Assembly (NCBI GenBank): GCA_900320735.1
Contig: ONTJ01000031.1
Span: 1 to 56,785, forward strand
Source: an uncultured Eubacteriales bacterium
GTDB lineage: Bacteria; Bacillota_I; Bacilli_A; RF39; UBA660
DNA: 56,785 bases
Direction of reading: 5' to 3'
Shown here: positions 46,864 to 55,422 of the stretch, piece by piece
Position numbering within the stretch: the first letter of the stretch is position 1
Layout: each line of letters opens with the position of its first letter
Notes under the pieces: generated by a model
Databases searched by the model: none
Seen by the model: the letters and a program-made list of their open reading frames with translations, nothing else
Told to the model about the DNA's origin: nothing
Made by a program: the position numbers and the translations under genes

Positions 46864-47952
46864 GTGATAAATTTGAAGATAGATAAAAGACTGTTTATTT
46901 ACGTTATAATAATTTCTATTTTTGGAATACTCATGATCTATTCTGCATCTTCAATTTGGGCTAATTATAAATTTAATGATCCATTTAGATATTTAAAATT
47001 ACAATCTATATTTGTTATAATTGGTATATTTTTAATGTTACTAGTATCTAAAGTTGATTATAAATTATATTATGATAAGGCAAATATTATATTATTTATT
47101 TGTTTTATATTATTGATACTTGTATTAATCCCAGGATTAGGACAAGTGAGAAATGGTTCTAGAAGTTGGTTTGGTTTTGGGGGACTTGGAATACAACCTT
47201 CTGAATTTATGAAACTAGCAATAATTATATTTACATCCAAATACCTATGCAATAATCAAAAAAATATAAACAAAATTATAAAAGGTGTTTTTCCAATATT
47301 AATTGTAACATTGCTTGTATTTATTATGATAATGTTACAACCAGATCTTGGTACAGGTGCAATAATTTTAGTAAGTGTAATTGGATTATTATTTGTATCA
47401 GGAGTTGATAAGAGTTTTTTTATAAAGATAGGTATATTAGGACTAATGGGACTTACAGGACTCATTATTGCCGCACCTTATAGAATAAAAAGAATAATAT
47501 CATTTATAAACCCATGGTCGGATCCTCTCGGTGCAGGTTTTCAATCAATTCAGTCATTGTTTGCAATTGGCCCTGGAGGATTGCTTGGGATGGGACTTTT
47601 TAATTCCGTGCAAAAACATTTTTATTTACCTGAACCTCAAACAGATTTCATTTTTTCAATTATTAGTGAAGAACTTGGTATACTAGGTATTACATTGGTA
47701 TCAACTTTATTTATATTTATATTCTATAGATGTATAATGGTTGCACTTAAATGTAATAATTTATTTGGAAAATATTTATGTTTTGGTATTACATTTCAAA
47801 TAGCTTTTCAGACATTACTTAATTTGGCAGTAGTAGTAGGATTAGTTCCAATCACAGGTGTAACACTCCCATTTTTATCTTATGGGGGGTCTAGTTTACT
47901 TATAACCATGATTTCAATAGGAATTATTTTAAATATCTCAAGAGATAATTAA
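46864..47952 (+). CDS. FtsW/RodA/SpoVE (SEDS) family peptidoglycan glycosyltransferase
   Basis: 362 aa with about 10 TM helices. SEDS motifs are present: LQPSEFMKLA, QPDLGT, PEPQTDFIFS and LPFLSYGGSS. It uses a GTG start. Confidence 0.85.
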   Translation: MINLKIDKRLFIYVIIISIFGILMIYSASSIWANYKFNDPFRYLKLQSIFVIIGIFLMLLVSKVDYKLYYDKANIILFICFILLILVLIPGLGQVRNGSRSWFGFGGLGIQPSEFMKLAIIIFTSKYLCNNQKNINKIIKGVFPILIVTLLVFIMIMLQPDLGTGAIILVSVIGLLFVSGVDKSFFIKIGILGLMGLTGLIIAAPYRIKRIISFINPWSDPLGAGFQSIQSLFAIGPGGLLGMGLFNSVQKHFYLPEPQTDFIFSIISEELGILGITLVSTLFIFIFYRCIMVALKCNNLFGKYLCFGITFQIAFQTLLNLAVVVGLVPITGVTLPFLSYGGSSLLITMISIGIILNISRDN

Positions 47953-47961
47953 CAAATATTT

Positions 47962-47990
47962 TTGACAAACATAGTCAAATATGATAGTAT
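47962..47990 (+). promoter_or_regulatory. sigma-A-type promoter with extended -10
   Basis: TTGACA (47962-47967), a 17-nt spacer ending in TG (47982-47983), then TAGTAT (47985-47990). Confidence 0.6.
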
Positions 47991-48015
47991 ACAACTAACA
48001 AAAAGAGGGGATTTT

Positions 48016-48684
48016 ATGCAAATAAGAACCAGTAATATAATATATAATATATCAAAAGAAGAATTAATTGAAAAACATTATATTTCTGAGGGTGATGAGG
48101 CAATGGTTTATAAATTTGGTAGTGATGTATTTAAATTATATAAACCTAATTGTCCTAAGCATAGATTAAGTGAAGAAGATATTAGATATCTCATGCAGAT
48201 AAGAAATGATAGAATTCTTTTGCCTAATGAAGTCATTTATATAGATGAAAAATTTGGTGGATATAAAATGCCATATATTGTGGCAAGTTCAAAAACATAT
48301 GTTAAAAAAATGAAGATGATAGATATTTATGCACAGTTACAAATAATAAAAGAAGATTTGCTTAAATTAAAAGATTGCAACGTACTTATATATGATTTAC
48401 ATAATGAAAATTACATTTTTAATGGTGGAATGTATTTTATTGATCCTGGAAGTTATATGATAAAAAATGAGTTACAAAGTAGATACATAGAAATATTAAA
48501 TAGAGAACTTATGCGTGAGTTCATACTAAAAAATGTATTTTATAAATATTGCAATTTAAATTTGTGGCAAAAAGAAAAACTATATAATCATATTTCAGTT
48601 GATAATTATATATGTGATACAATTGATTGTGATATGGATCCAAATGAAACACTATATCAATATGTAAAAAGAATTGTAAAGTAA
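48016..48684 (+). CDS. protein-kinase-fold / phosphotransferase-like protein
   Basis: I prefer ATG 48016 because of the AGAGGGG RBS; the track start at 47962 lies inside the promoter. The sequence EGDEAMVYKF…FKLYK…IYDLHNENYIF…FIDPGSY resembles the nucleotide-binding Lys, catalytic-loop HxxN and DxG motifs of small kinase-like folds. Confidence 0.45.
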   Translation: MQIRTSNIIYNISKEELIEKHYISEGDEAMVYKFGSDVFKLYKPNCPKHRLSEEDIRYLMQIRNDRILLPNEVIYIDEKFGGYKMPYIVASSKTYVKKMKMIDIYAQLQIIKEDLLKLKDCNVLIYDLHNENYIFNGGMYFIDPGSYMIKNELQSRYIEILNRELMREFILKNVFYKYCNLNLWQKEKLYNHISVDNYICDTIDCDMDPNETLYQYVKRIVK

Positions 48685-48704
48685 TTTATAATTCTTTTTA
48701 ATTA

Positions 48705-48713
48705 TGATATAAT
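48705..48713 (+). promoter_or_regulatory. extended -10 promoter (TGaTATAAT)
   Basis: TGATATAAT lies upstream of the AGAGGTG RBS and ATG 48731. Confidence 0.4.
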
Positions 48714-48730
48714 TACAACAGAGGTGTTAC

Positions 48731-49138
48731 ATGAAAAATTTTGATGAATTATTTAATTTATTCAACGTGAAAATAGAAGACAAAATTGAAAATGCTATTG
48801 AACAAACAAAGATGCAATTGAATAATCTGACAATCAATAGAACATGTATGATTTATTCTAGTTATTTATATAATAATTTAAAACAGCAACTGGTTAACTG
48901 CAAAATTATGGATACAGCTGAAGACTTAAAAATAAATTATAGACATAGATTTGTAACTGTATATGAAAATGGTAAAACATATTTAATAGATTTAACATTT
49001 TCTCAATTTGGTAATGAAGATTTATTGTTAAACAATTTAATTGAAAAAGGTTATGAACTTATGGATGAGAAAAAATGGCAATATTATATTGGTAAAATAT
49101 TAATGTGTACTGAAAAAAAAGAAAAGAAAATGAGGTAA
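48731..49138 (+). CDS. hypothetical protein
   Basis: 135 aa with spaced Cys, His and Asp residues (RTCMIYS, YRHRFV, YLIDLT) that could form a papain/transglutaminase-like triad. This reading is speculative. Confidence 0.5.
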   Translation: MKNFDELFNLFNVKIEDKIENAIEQTKMQLNNLTINRTCMIYSSYLYNNLKQQLVNCKIMDTAEDLKINYRHRFVTVYENGKTYLIDLTFSQFGNEDLLLNNLIEKGYELMDEKKWQYYIGKILMCTEKKEKKMR

Positions 49139-49140
49139 AT

Positions 49141-49749
49141 ATGGCTAAATTAATATTTAAATATTCGACAATGAACTCGGGTAAAACAATTGATTTAATT
49201 AGAACGGTACATAACTATGAAGAAAATAATTGCAAAGTAATAGTTATGAAACCAAAAGTAGATACTAAAGCTGGAACTAATATTCAAACTAGAATAGGGC
49301 TTGAGAGAAAAGTTGATATTTTAATAGATGAAAATGATTCAATAATAGAATTATTAAAGGGTAAATTAGAAGATGTAAAATGTATTTTTATAGATGAATC
49401 ACAGTTTTTAAAATGTGGTCAAGTAGATGAACTTTTTATAATTACAAAAGCTCTTGATATACCTGTTATTTGCTATGGACTTAGAACTGATTTTAAGCTT
49501 GATTCATTCGAAGGAAGTAAAAGATTACTTGAAATTGCGGAAACATTAGAGGAATTTAAGACTCTATGTTATTGTGGTGATGTGGCTAGATATGTTGGTA
49601 GAAAAGTTAATGATAAATATGTAATTGAAGGCAATATTATAGTAATTGATGGTACTAACGATGTAACATATGTTCCACTTTGTGGTAAACATTATTTAGA
49701 AAATGTAACTAAGATAGATTTAAATAAAGTAAAAGAAGATTTAAAATAA
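49141..49749 (+). CDS. tdk: thymidine kinase
   Basis: 202 aa with the P-loop STMNSGKT, FIDESQFL, and C-terminal zinc cysteines (CYCG…CGKH). Confidence 0.9.
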   Translation: MAKLIFKYSTMNSGKTIDLIRTVHNYEENNCKVIVMKPKVDTKAGTNIQTRIGLERKVDILIDENDSIIELLKGKLEDVKCIFIDESQFLKCGQVDELFIITKALDIPVICYGLRTDFKLDSFEGSKRLLEIAETLEEFKTLCYCGDVARYVGRKVNDKYVIEGNIIVIDGTNDVTYVPLCGKHYLENVTKIDLNKVKEDLK

Positions 49750-49758
49750 GGAGTAGTT

Positions 49759-50469
49759 ATGGCTAAATTAGAAAAAAGGCATATTGAATATTTAAATGAT
49801 CCTGAATTTTTAAAAATATATATGCAATTACTAAATTCAAGATTAGTATATTCAAATAATATAATTGAAAATGATAATGAACCAATAGGTAAGTTATATG
49901 ATAATGCAAATGTACTTACACTATCTGATAATTACAAAGCAATTTCTATTTTATTTAAGAAATTGTACGAAAAAAACAGTAAACCCCTAACTGAAGAATT
50001 AATAATAGAAATAGCAAATACAATAAATAAACATGCAATGTATATATCAGATGGTTATAGAACAAATGGATCCAATCATAAACTTGATGATAAGTATCCT
50101 ATTTCTGATTCAAAAGATATACCAAGAGATATGAAAAAATTATTAGATGACTATTATGGTAAGTGGAAAAAATATGATGTATTTGAACGTGAAGCACTAT
50201 TTAATATTGAATTTTTAAGAATACATCCTTTTGAAGATGGTAATGGAAGAACAAGTAGGCTTATACTTAATTTTAATTTGCTAAAACAAGGACACGCACC
50301 TGTCTTGATAAAAGAAGGAATGAGGGATCAATATTTTAAGGCAAGAGATTATTTTGATGATGTATGGATTAAGCAAATGTTTGAGAGTCTTTCAAAAGAA
50401 GAATTATATGCACTTGACGAATTGATTCAGTCCTATGAAGACGAAAATAAAATGGATTATGTAATATAG
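49759..50469 (+). CDS. Fic-family protein (AMPylase-type active-site motif)
   Basis: 236 aa. HPFEDGNGRTSRL matches the Fic core HxFx(D/E)GNGRxxR. Confidence 0.85.
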   Translation: MAKLEKRHIEYLNDPEFLKIYMQLLNSRLVYSNNIIENDNEPIGKLYDNANVLTLSDNYKAISILFKKLYEKNSKPLTEELIIEIANTINKHAMYISDGYRTNGSNHKLDDKYPISDSKDIPRDMKKLLDDYYGKWKKYDVFEREALFNIEFLRIHPFEDGNGRTSRLILNFNLLKQGHAPVLIKEGMRDQYFKARDYFDDVWIKQMFESLSKEELYALDELIQSYEDENKMDYVI

Positions 50470-50476
50470 GTGATTT

Positions 50477-51664
50477 ATGAGTAAAGTTATTATTATAGGT
50501 GGAGGTTTTTCTGGAGTAATAAGTGCTATTTATGCATCCAAAAATAATGAGGTAACTATTTTAGAAAGAAACAGTGAAATACTAAAAAAATTATTGATGA
50601 CTGGTAATGGTAGATGTAATTATTATAATGATAATCAAAATATAAGTAATTATAATTCGTCTACACCAGAATTACTAGATAAAATTATTACTAAAGAAAA
50701 TCTTAATGAATTAAATAAATTTTATACTGGTATTGGAATCATACCAAAAATAATAAATGGTTATTATTATCCATATTCTAACCAAGCAATATCTATAAAA
50801 GATGCGCTTGTAAGTAAATTAGAAGAATGTAAGGTTGATATTATAACTGACTATTATGTAAATGATATAAAGAAAGAGAATAATAAATTTATCATTAATA
50901 ATGAATTTACATGTGATAAATTAATAATATCAACTGGAGGTGCTTCATATCCAAAAACGGGTTCTGATGGTAATGGATACAACTTACTAAAAAAAATGAA
51001 TTTAGAAGTATCAGACATATATCCATCACTTACCTCATTTATATGCAATGATAGATATTTAAAAAAATTATCTGGCGTAAGATGTGAGGCTAGAGTTTCA
51101 TTATGTGAAAATAACAATGTAATAAAATCAGAAATTGGGGAACTTCAGCTTACTGATTATGGTGTAAGTGGTATATGTGTATTTAATATTAGTTCAGCTT
51201 ACTACAATACAAAAATTGATAAAGAAATACATATTAATTTTATGCCATTTATTACTTCAAAAAATGAATTGATTTCCTATTTAGATAATAGGGATAAATT
51301 AATGAACAATAAAAAAATTAGTGAACTTTTATGTGGAATACTAAATAATAAAATAATAAATGTAATAATTGATAAATCAAATCTTAAGGATATCAAATAT
51401 AAATCACTTGATTATAATGAAAAAAGCGTATTGTGTGAAAATATAAATAATTATACAATGAAAATAGAAGGAACTAAATCATTTGATAAAGCACAGGTTA
51501 CTAAAGGTGGACTTTATCTAACTCAAATTGACGATAACATGATGACACGAAGTATAGATAATTTATATGTAACTGGTGAACTTTTAGATATAGATGGTAT
51601 TTGTGGAGGATATAATTTAACTCATTCATTCATATCAGGTTTTATAGCAGGTAGTAATATATGA
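50477..51664 (+). CDS. HI0933/BaiN-like NAD(P)/FAD-dependent oxidoreductase
   Basis: 395 aa with IIGGGFSGVISA, TGNGRCNY, STGGASYPKTGSDG and GELLDIDGICGGYNL. Confidence 0.8.
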   Translation: MSKVIIIGGGFSGVISAIYASKNNEVTILERNSEILKKLLMTGNGRCNYYNDNQNISNYNSSTPELLDKIITKENLNELNKFYTGIGIIPKIINGYYYPYSNQAISIKDALVSKLEECKVDIITDYYVNDIKKENNKFIINNEFTCDKLIISTGGASYPKTGSDGNGYNLLKKMNLEVSDIYPSLTSFICNDRYLKKLSGVRCEARVSLCENNNVIKSEIGELQLTDYGVSGICVFNISSAYYNTKIDKEIHINFMPFITSKNELISYLDNRDKLMNNKKISELLCGILNNKIINVIIDKSNLKDIKYKSLDYNEKSVLCENINNYTMKIEGTKSFDKAQVTKGGLYLTQIDDNMMTRSIDNLYVTGELLDIDGICGGYNLTHSFISGFIAGSNI

Positions 51665-53232
51665 TAAGAGTAAGGCAAATTAAAGTAAATATTTTAAAAG
51701 ATACAAAAGAAGAATTACTCTCTAAAATATCAAAAAAATTGGATATTAAAAAAGATGAAATAATGAGTTATAAAATAAATAAAAAATCTATAGATGCTAG
51801 AGATAAAAATAATATTTTCTATGTCTATGAAATAGATTTGGATATTAAAAATGAAAATGATGTTAGATTTGGAATTGACGTATTCAAACAAGAAAAAGAA
51901 GAATATACATATAAAATTACAGGCAAGGAAAAGATGATACAAAGACCTATTATAGTAGGATCTGGACCATCTGGTTTATTTTGTGGATATATGCTTTGTG
52001 TATGTGGATATAATCCAATAATAATTGAAAGAGGAGAAAAAATAGAAGATAGAATAAAAACAGTAGAAAAATTCATAAATACTGGAAAATTAAATAAAGA
52101 TTCTAATGTGCAATTTGGTGAAGGTGGCGCAGGTACTTTTTCAGATGGTAAATTAAATACTTTAGTAAAAGACAAAGATTATAAAATGAAAAAAGTATTT
52201 GAAATATTTGTTGAAAATGGAGCACCTGAAGAAATTTTATATGAAAATAAGCCTCATATAGGTACTGACAAATTAAGAAAAGTAATAATAAATATGAGAA
52301 ACAAGATGATTTCTCTTGGTTGTGAATTTAAATTTGGCAAAACATTAACAGATATAATTATAGAAAATGATACTGTAAAGAAAATTATAGTTAATAATAA
52401 TGAAGTTATTGATTGTGATAATTTAATTTTAGCTCTAGGTCATAGTGCAAGAGATACATTCAAAATGCTAAATAAAAAAGGTATTAATATGATAAGTAAA
52501 CCATTTGCTGTAGGAATAAGAATTCAACATGAGCAAAGTATGATAAATGAATCTATGTATGGTAAATATGCAGATGTATTGCCACCATCAAGTTATAAAT
52601 TAACATACAAGACTAGGGATAATAGGGGAGTATATTCATTTTGTATGTGTCCAGGTGGATATGTCATAAACTCATCTAGTGAAGATGGTAAACTTGTAAT
52701 AAATGGAATGAGTAATTATAAAAGAGATAGTAAGAATGCTAATAGTGCTCTTATAGTAACGGTTTCAAAAGATGATTATGGTAATGGTTTGTTTGATGGA
52801 ATAAAATTTCAAGAAAAATTAGAAGAACTAGCTTATAAAATAGGAAATGGTAAAATACCGACTCAAAATTATGTAGATTTTAAAGAAAATAAATTATCTA
52901 AAAAATTGAATATAAAGCCAGTATTCAAAGGAGAATATACTTTATCAAATATTAATGATATACTTCCTAAAAATATATGTGATAGTTTGATTGAAGCTAT
53001 TGAATATTTTAATACAAAAATAAATGGATATAATACTAATGCCATAATAAGTGCAGTTGAATCAAGAACATCATCACCTATTAGAATAATAAGAGATGAA
53101 AATTATGAAACAAACATTAAAGGGATATATCCTATTGGAGAAGGTTCTGGATATGCAGGTGGAATAACAACTTCTGCAATGGATGGAATTAGATGTTTTG
53201 AAAAAATAATAGGAAAATATAGTTGTAAATAA
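51661..53232 (+). CDS. FAD-dependent protein (COG2509-like dehydrogenase)
   Basis: 523 aa. An N-terminal small domain is followed by IVGSGPSGLFCG…GEGGAGTFSDGKL, with a C-terminal IGEGSGYAGGITTSAMDG. It overlaps the upstream gene by 4 nt. Confidence 0.75.
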   Translation: MIRVRQIKVNILKDTKEELLSKISKKLDIKKDEIMSYKINKKSIDARDKNNIFYVYEIDLDIKNENDVRFGIDVFKQEKEEYTYKITGKEKMIQRPIIVGSGPSGLFCGYMLCVCGYNPIIIERGEKIEDRIKTVEKFINTGKLNKDSNVQFGEGGAGTFSDGKLNTLVKDKDYKMKKVFEIFVENGAPEEILYENKPHIGTDKLRKVIINMRNKMISLGCEFKFGKTLTDIIIENDTVKKIIVNNNEVIDCDNLILALGHSARDTFKMLNKKGINMISKPFAVGIRIQHEQSMINESMYGKYADVLPPSSYKLTYKTRDNRGVYSFCMCPGGYVINSSSEDGKLVINGMSNYKRDSKNANSALIVTVSKDDYGNGLFDGIKFQEKLEELAYKIGNGKIPTQNYVDFKENKLSKKLNIKPVFKGEYTLSNINDILPKNICDSLIEAIEYFNTKINGYNTNAIISAVESRTSSPIRIIRDENYETNIKGIYPIGEGSGYAGGITTSAMDGIRCFEKIIGKYSCK

Positions 53233-53311
53233 GTGTAAATTATCTTTGACAATTACGTGATTTTATTGTAGTATATAATTAGATTATATATAGGATATAG
53301 AGGTGTAAAAT

Positions 53312-53890
53312 ATGGAACAAAATTTAGATTTAAGTACGTACGAATTACTTAGCAGTTACGATAAGCTAATATTAAAGAAAGAAAATGAATTACAAAAATA
53401 TTTTTTTGAAAATGTAAAACAGGAAGACATGACAGGTGATATCGAACTTCCGCTAATTTATTCGGAAGACTCTGATTATGCAAAATTAAGAAGAATTAAA
53501 CCAACAATAACAAGTGAAGTAGCTATTCTTGAGAAAAAAATAAATGATCCAGAAAAATATTTAATTAACAATGTTATTGATAATTTAAATGTTAATGGTT
53601 TATCTAAAGAAGAAAGAGAAGAAGCTATTAAAAAAGGATTAGAATTAGAAGTAGAAAAAGCTAAAAATAAAAAAGAAAAATATGATTTAAGATTAAAAAC
53701 GATGGAAGAAGAACCAAAATTGTTTTTAAGATATTATGAGTTCAAAAATTCTGACTTTTCAATTGTAGAAGATGAAGATGTAAGAAAAAAACTTCATGAA
53801 ATGCAAACAGAAATAAATGAATATAAGAAAAGAAGAAATGCGATTTTAGGTGCTCTAAAAGATTCAGAAAATGCACCAAAAATGTTATAA
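53312..53890 (+). CDS. hypothetical coiled-coil protein
   Basis: 192 aa, K/E-rich and helical, with an AGAGGTG RBS. Confidence 0.55.
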   Translation: MEQNLDLSTYELLSSYDKLILKKENELQKYFFENVKQEDMTGDIELPLIYSEDSDYAKLRRIKPTITSEVAILEKKINDPEKYLINNVIDNLNVNGLSKEEREEAIKKGLELEVEKAKNKKEKYDLRLKTMEEEPKLFLRYYEFKNSDFSIVEDEDVRKKLHEMQTEINEYKKRRNAILGALKDSENAPKML

Positions 53891-53901
53891 AATAAGAGTT
53901 T

Positions 53902-53929
53902 TTGACATGATATCTATATGGTGTATAAT
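53902..53929 (+). promoter_or_regulatory. sigma-A-type promoter
   Basis: TTGACA (53902-53907), a 16-nt spacer, then TATAAT (53924-53929). Confidence 0.5.
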
Positions 53930-53931
53930 GT

Positions 53932-53966
53932 AAAAATGTCAAAATTTTTGACATTTTTTTATTTTT
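53932..53966 (+). terminator. intrinsic terminator-like hairpin
   Basis: AAAAATGTCAA (53932-53942) pairs with TTGACATTTTT (53948-53958), followed by TTATTTTT. Confidence 0.6.
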
Positions 53967-54003
53967 ATAGTAATATATTCGCAAATTTGAAAGAGGGGTT
54001 ATA

Positions 54004-55350
54004 ATGAATATAGGTTTAGACGTAGATGGGGTAATTTTTAATATAGAAGATTATCAAATCACTGAAGGTCAAAAATATTTTAAAAATAAACCAATCAAGG
54101 ATATAAATGGATATGGAATAAAAGAAGTTTTTGATTGTAGTTCTAAAGAAGAGTTCAAATTTTGGTTAAAGAAGACATTTAATTACAATAGAAACGTAGT
54201 TGCTAGAGAAGGAATGGCTGAGTTAATTAAAAAATTAAGGGAAAATGGTAATAGAGTATATATAATTACATCACGTGCAATGGCAACAGAAGACAATACT
54301 TTTGGTAAAATAATGCGAAATGAATTAGAAAAATCATTGATTAGAAATGGTATTGAGGTAGATGGAATAATTTATACTCCTACAAAAAATATGGAACAAG
54401 CAAAAAAGGATGAAATCAAAAAATATAATATACATGTAATGATTGAAGATAAAAAAGAAATTTTAGATTATATAAAAAATGACACACAAGCAATTTGCTT
54501 TAATACAAGAAATAATCATGATTATAATGATGATAAGGTAATTAGAATATTTGATGTTAATGGTTTAAAAGAAGAATTAGACACATTAATTTATAAATTT
54601 AATTCATCAAAAATGTCAGTATTAAGTTTTAAAGAAATTGAAAATATGTCAAATGAAGAAAAAATAAAGTATTATAATGAATTAAGAGAATATTATAAAA
54701 AAATGATGGATCCATATTATATAAAACAAGGTGAGGATGGATGTAATAAAGTAGTTGGAAAATTACAAAAAATATATAATTTTGTATATAGACCACACGT
54801 CATACATAAAGAAAAAATGCCTACAAATGGTGGGATTATATTGGCATCCAACCATTTACATTCATTCGACCCATTACTTCTAATGACAAATTCTAATATG
54901 CCTTTTCACTTACTTGCAAAATCTGAATTACATGAGAAAAAAATATTAGATAAGCTATTTACAACAATAGGATCAATATTTGTTGATAATAAGGATGCAG
55001 ATAGTAGAAGAAAGGCTAAAGAAGATTTAATAAAAGTTGTTTTAAATGGTGGCGTTGCAATGATGTTTCCTGAGGGAACAAGAAATAAAACTGAAAAAAG
55101 ATTATTAGATTTTCACATGGGAACTGTAAATGTTGCTCAAATTACAAAAGCTCCAATTTATCCTTTTGCAATTAATTCGGATTATAAATTGTTTAATAAT
55201 AATTTATGTATGTCAATAGGTGATCCAATATATATAAATGAAAATGATAATTTGGTTGAAAAAAATGAAGAATTAAAAGAACAAATAAATAATTTGTTAG
55301 ATGAAGTAAAGCAATATGAACATGAAAAGAGTTTAAAATTAAAAAAATAG
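54004..55350 (+). CDS. fusion protein: N-terminal HAD-superfamily phosphatase/nucleotidase-like domain + C-terminal 1-acylglycerol-3-phosphate O-acyltransferase (PlsC-like)
   Basis: 448 aa. The N-terminus has HAD motif I (IGLDVDGVIFN) and a motif II-like IITSR. The C-terminus has the LPLAT motifs SNHLHSFDP (HX4D) and MFPEGTRN. Confidence 0.75.
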   Translation: MNIGLDVDGVIFNIEDYQITEGQKYFKNKPIKDINGYGIKEVFDCSSKEEFKFWLKKTFNYNRNVVAREGMAELIKKLRENGNRVYIITSRAMATEDNTFGKIMRNELEKSLIRNGIEVDGIIYTPTKNMEQAKKDEIKKYNIHVMIEDKKEILDYIKNDTQAICFNTRNNHDYNDDKVIRIFDVNGLKEELDTLIYKFNSSKMSVLSFKEIENMSNEEKIKYYNELREYYKKMMDPYYIKQGEDGCNKVVGKLQKIYNFVYRPHVIHKEKMPTNGGIILASNHLHSFDPLLLMTNSNMPFHLLAKSELHEKKILDKLFTTIGSIFVDNKDADSRRKAKEDLIKVVLNGGVAMMFPEGTRNKTEKRLLDFHMGTVNVAQITKAPIYPFAINSDYKLFNNNLCMSIGDPIYINENDNLVEKNEELKEQINNLLDEVKQYEHEKSLKLKK

Positions 55351-55388
55351 TAAAAATTAAATTTACTATTTTTTTATGTAAATTAATA

Positions 55389-55397
55389 TGATATAAT
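55389..55397 (+). promoter_or_regulatory. extended -10 promoter (TGaTATAAT)
   Basis: TGATATAAT lies 26 nt upstream of ATG 55423. Confidence 0.4.
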
Positions 55398-55422
55398 TAT
55401 AGAAAATAAGGGTAGTGATAAT

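Noticed and set aside
47962-48015. Track start at 47962 (TTG) for the kinase-like ORF.
   Set aside because: That TTG is the first half of a consensus TTGACA -35 box, followed 17 nt later by TGaTAGTAT. ATG 48016 follows an AGAGGGG RBS.
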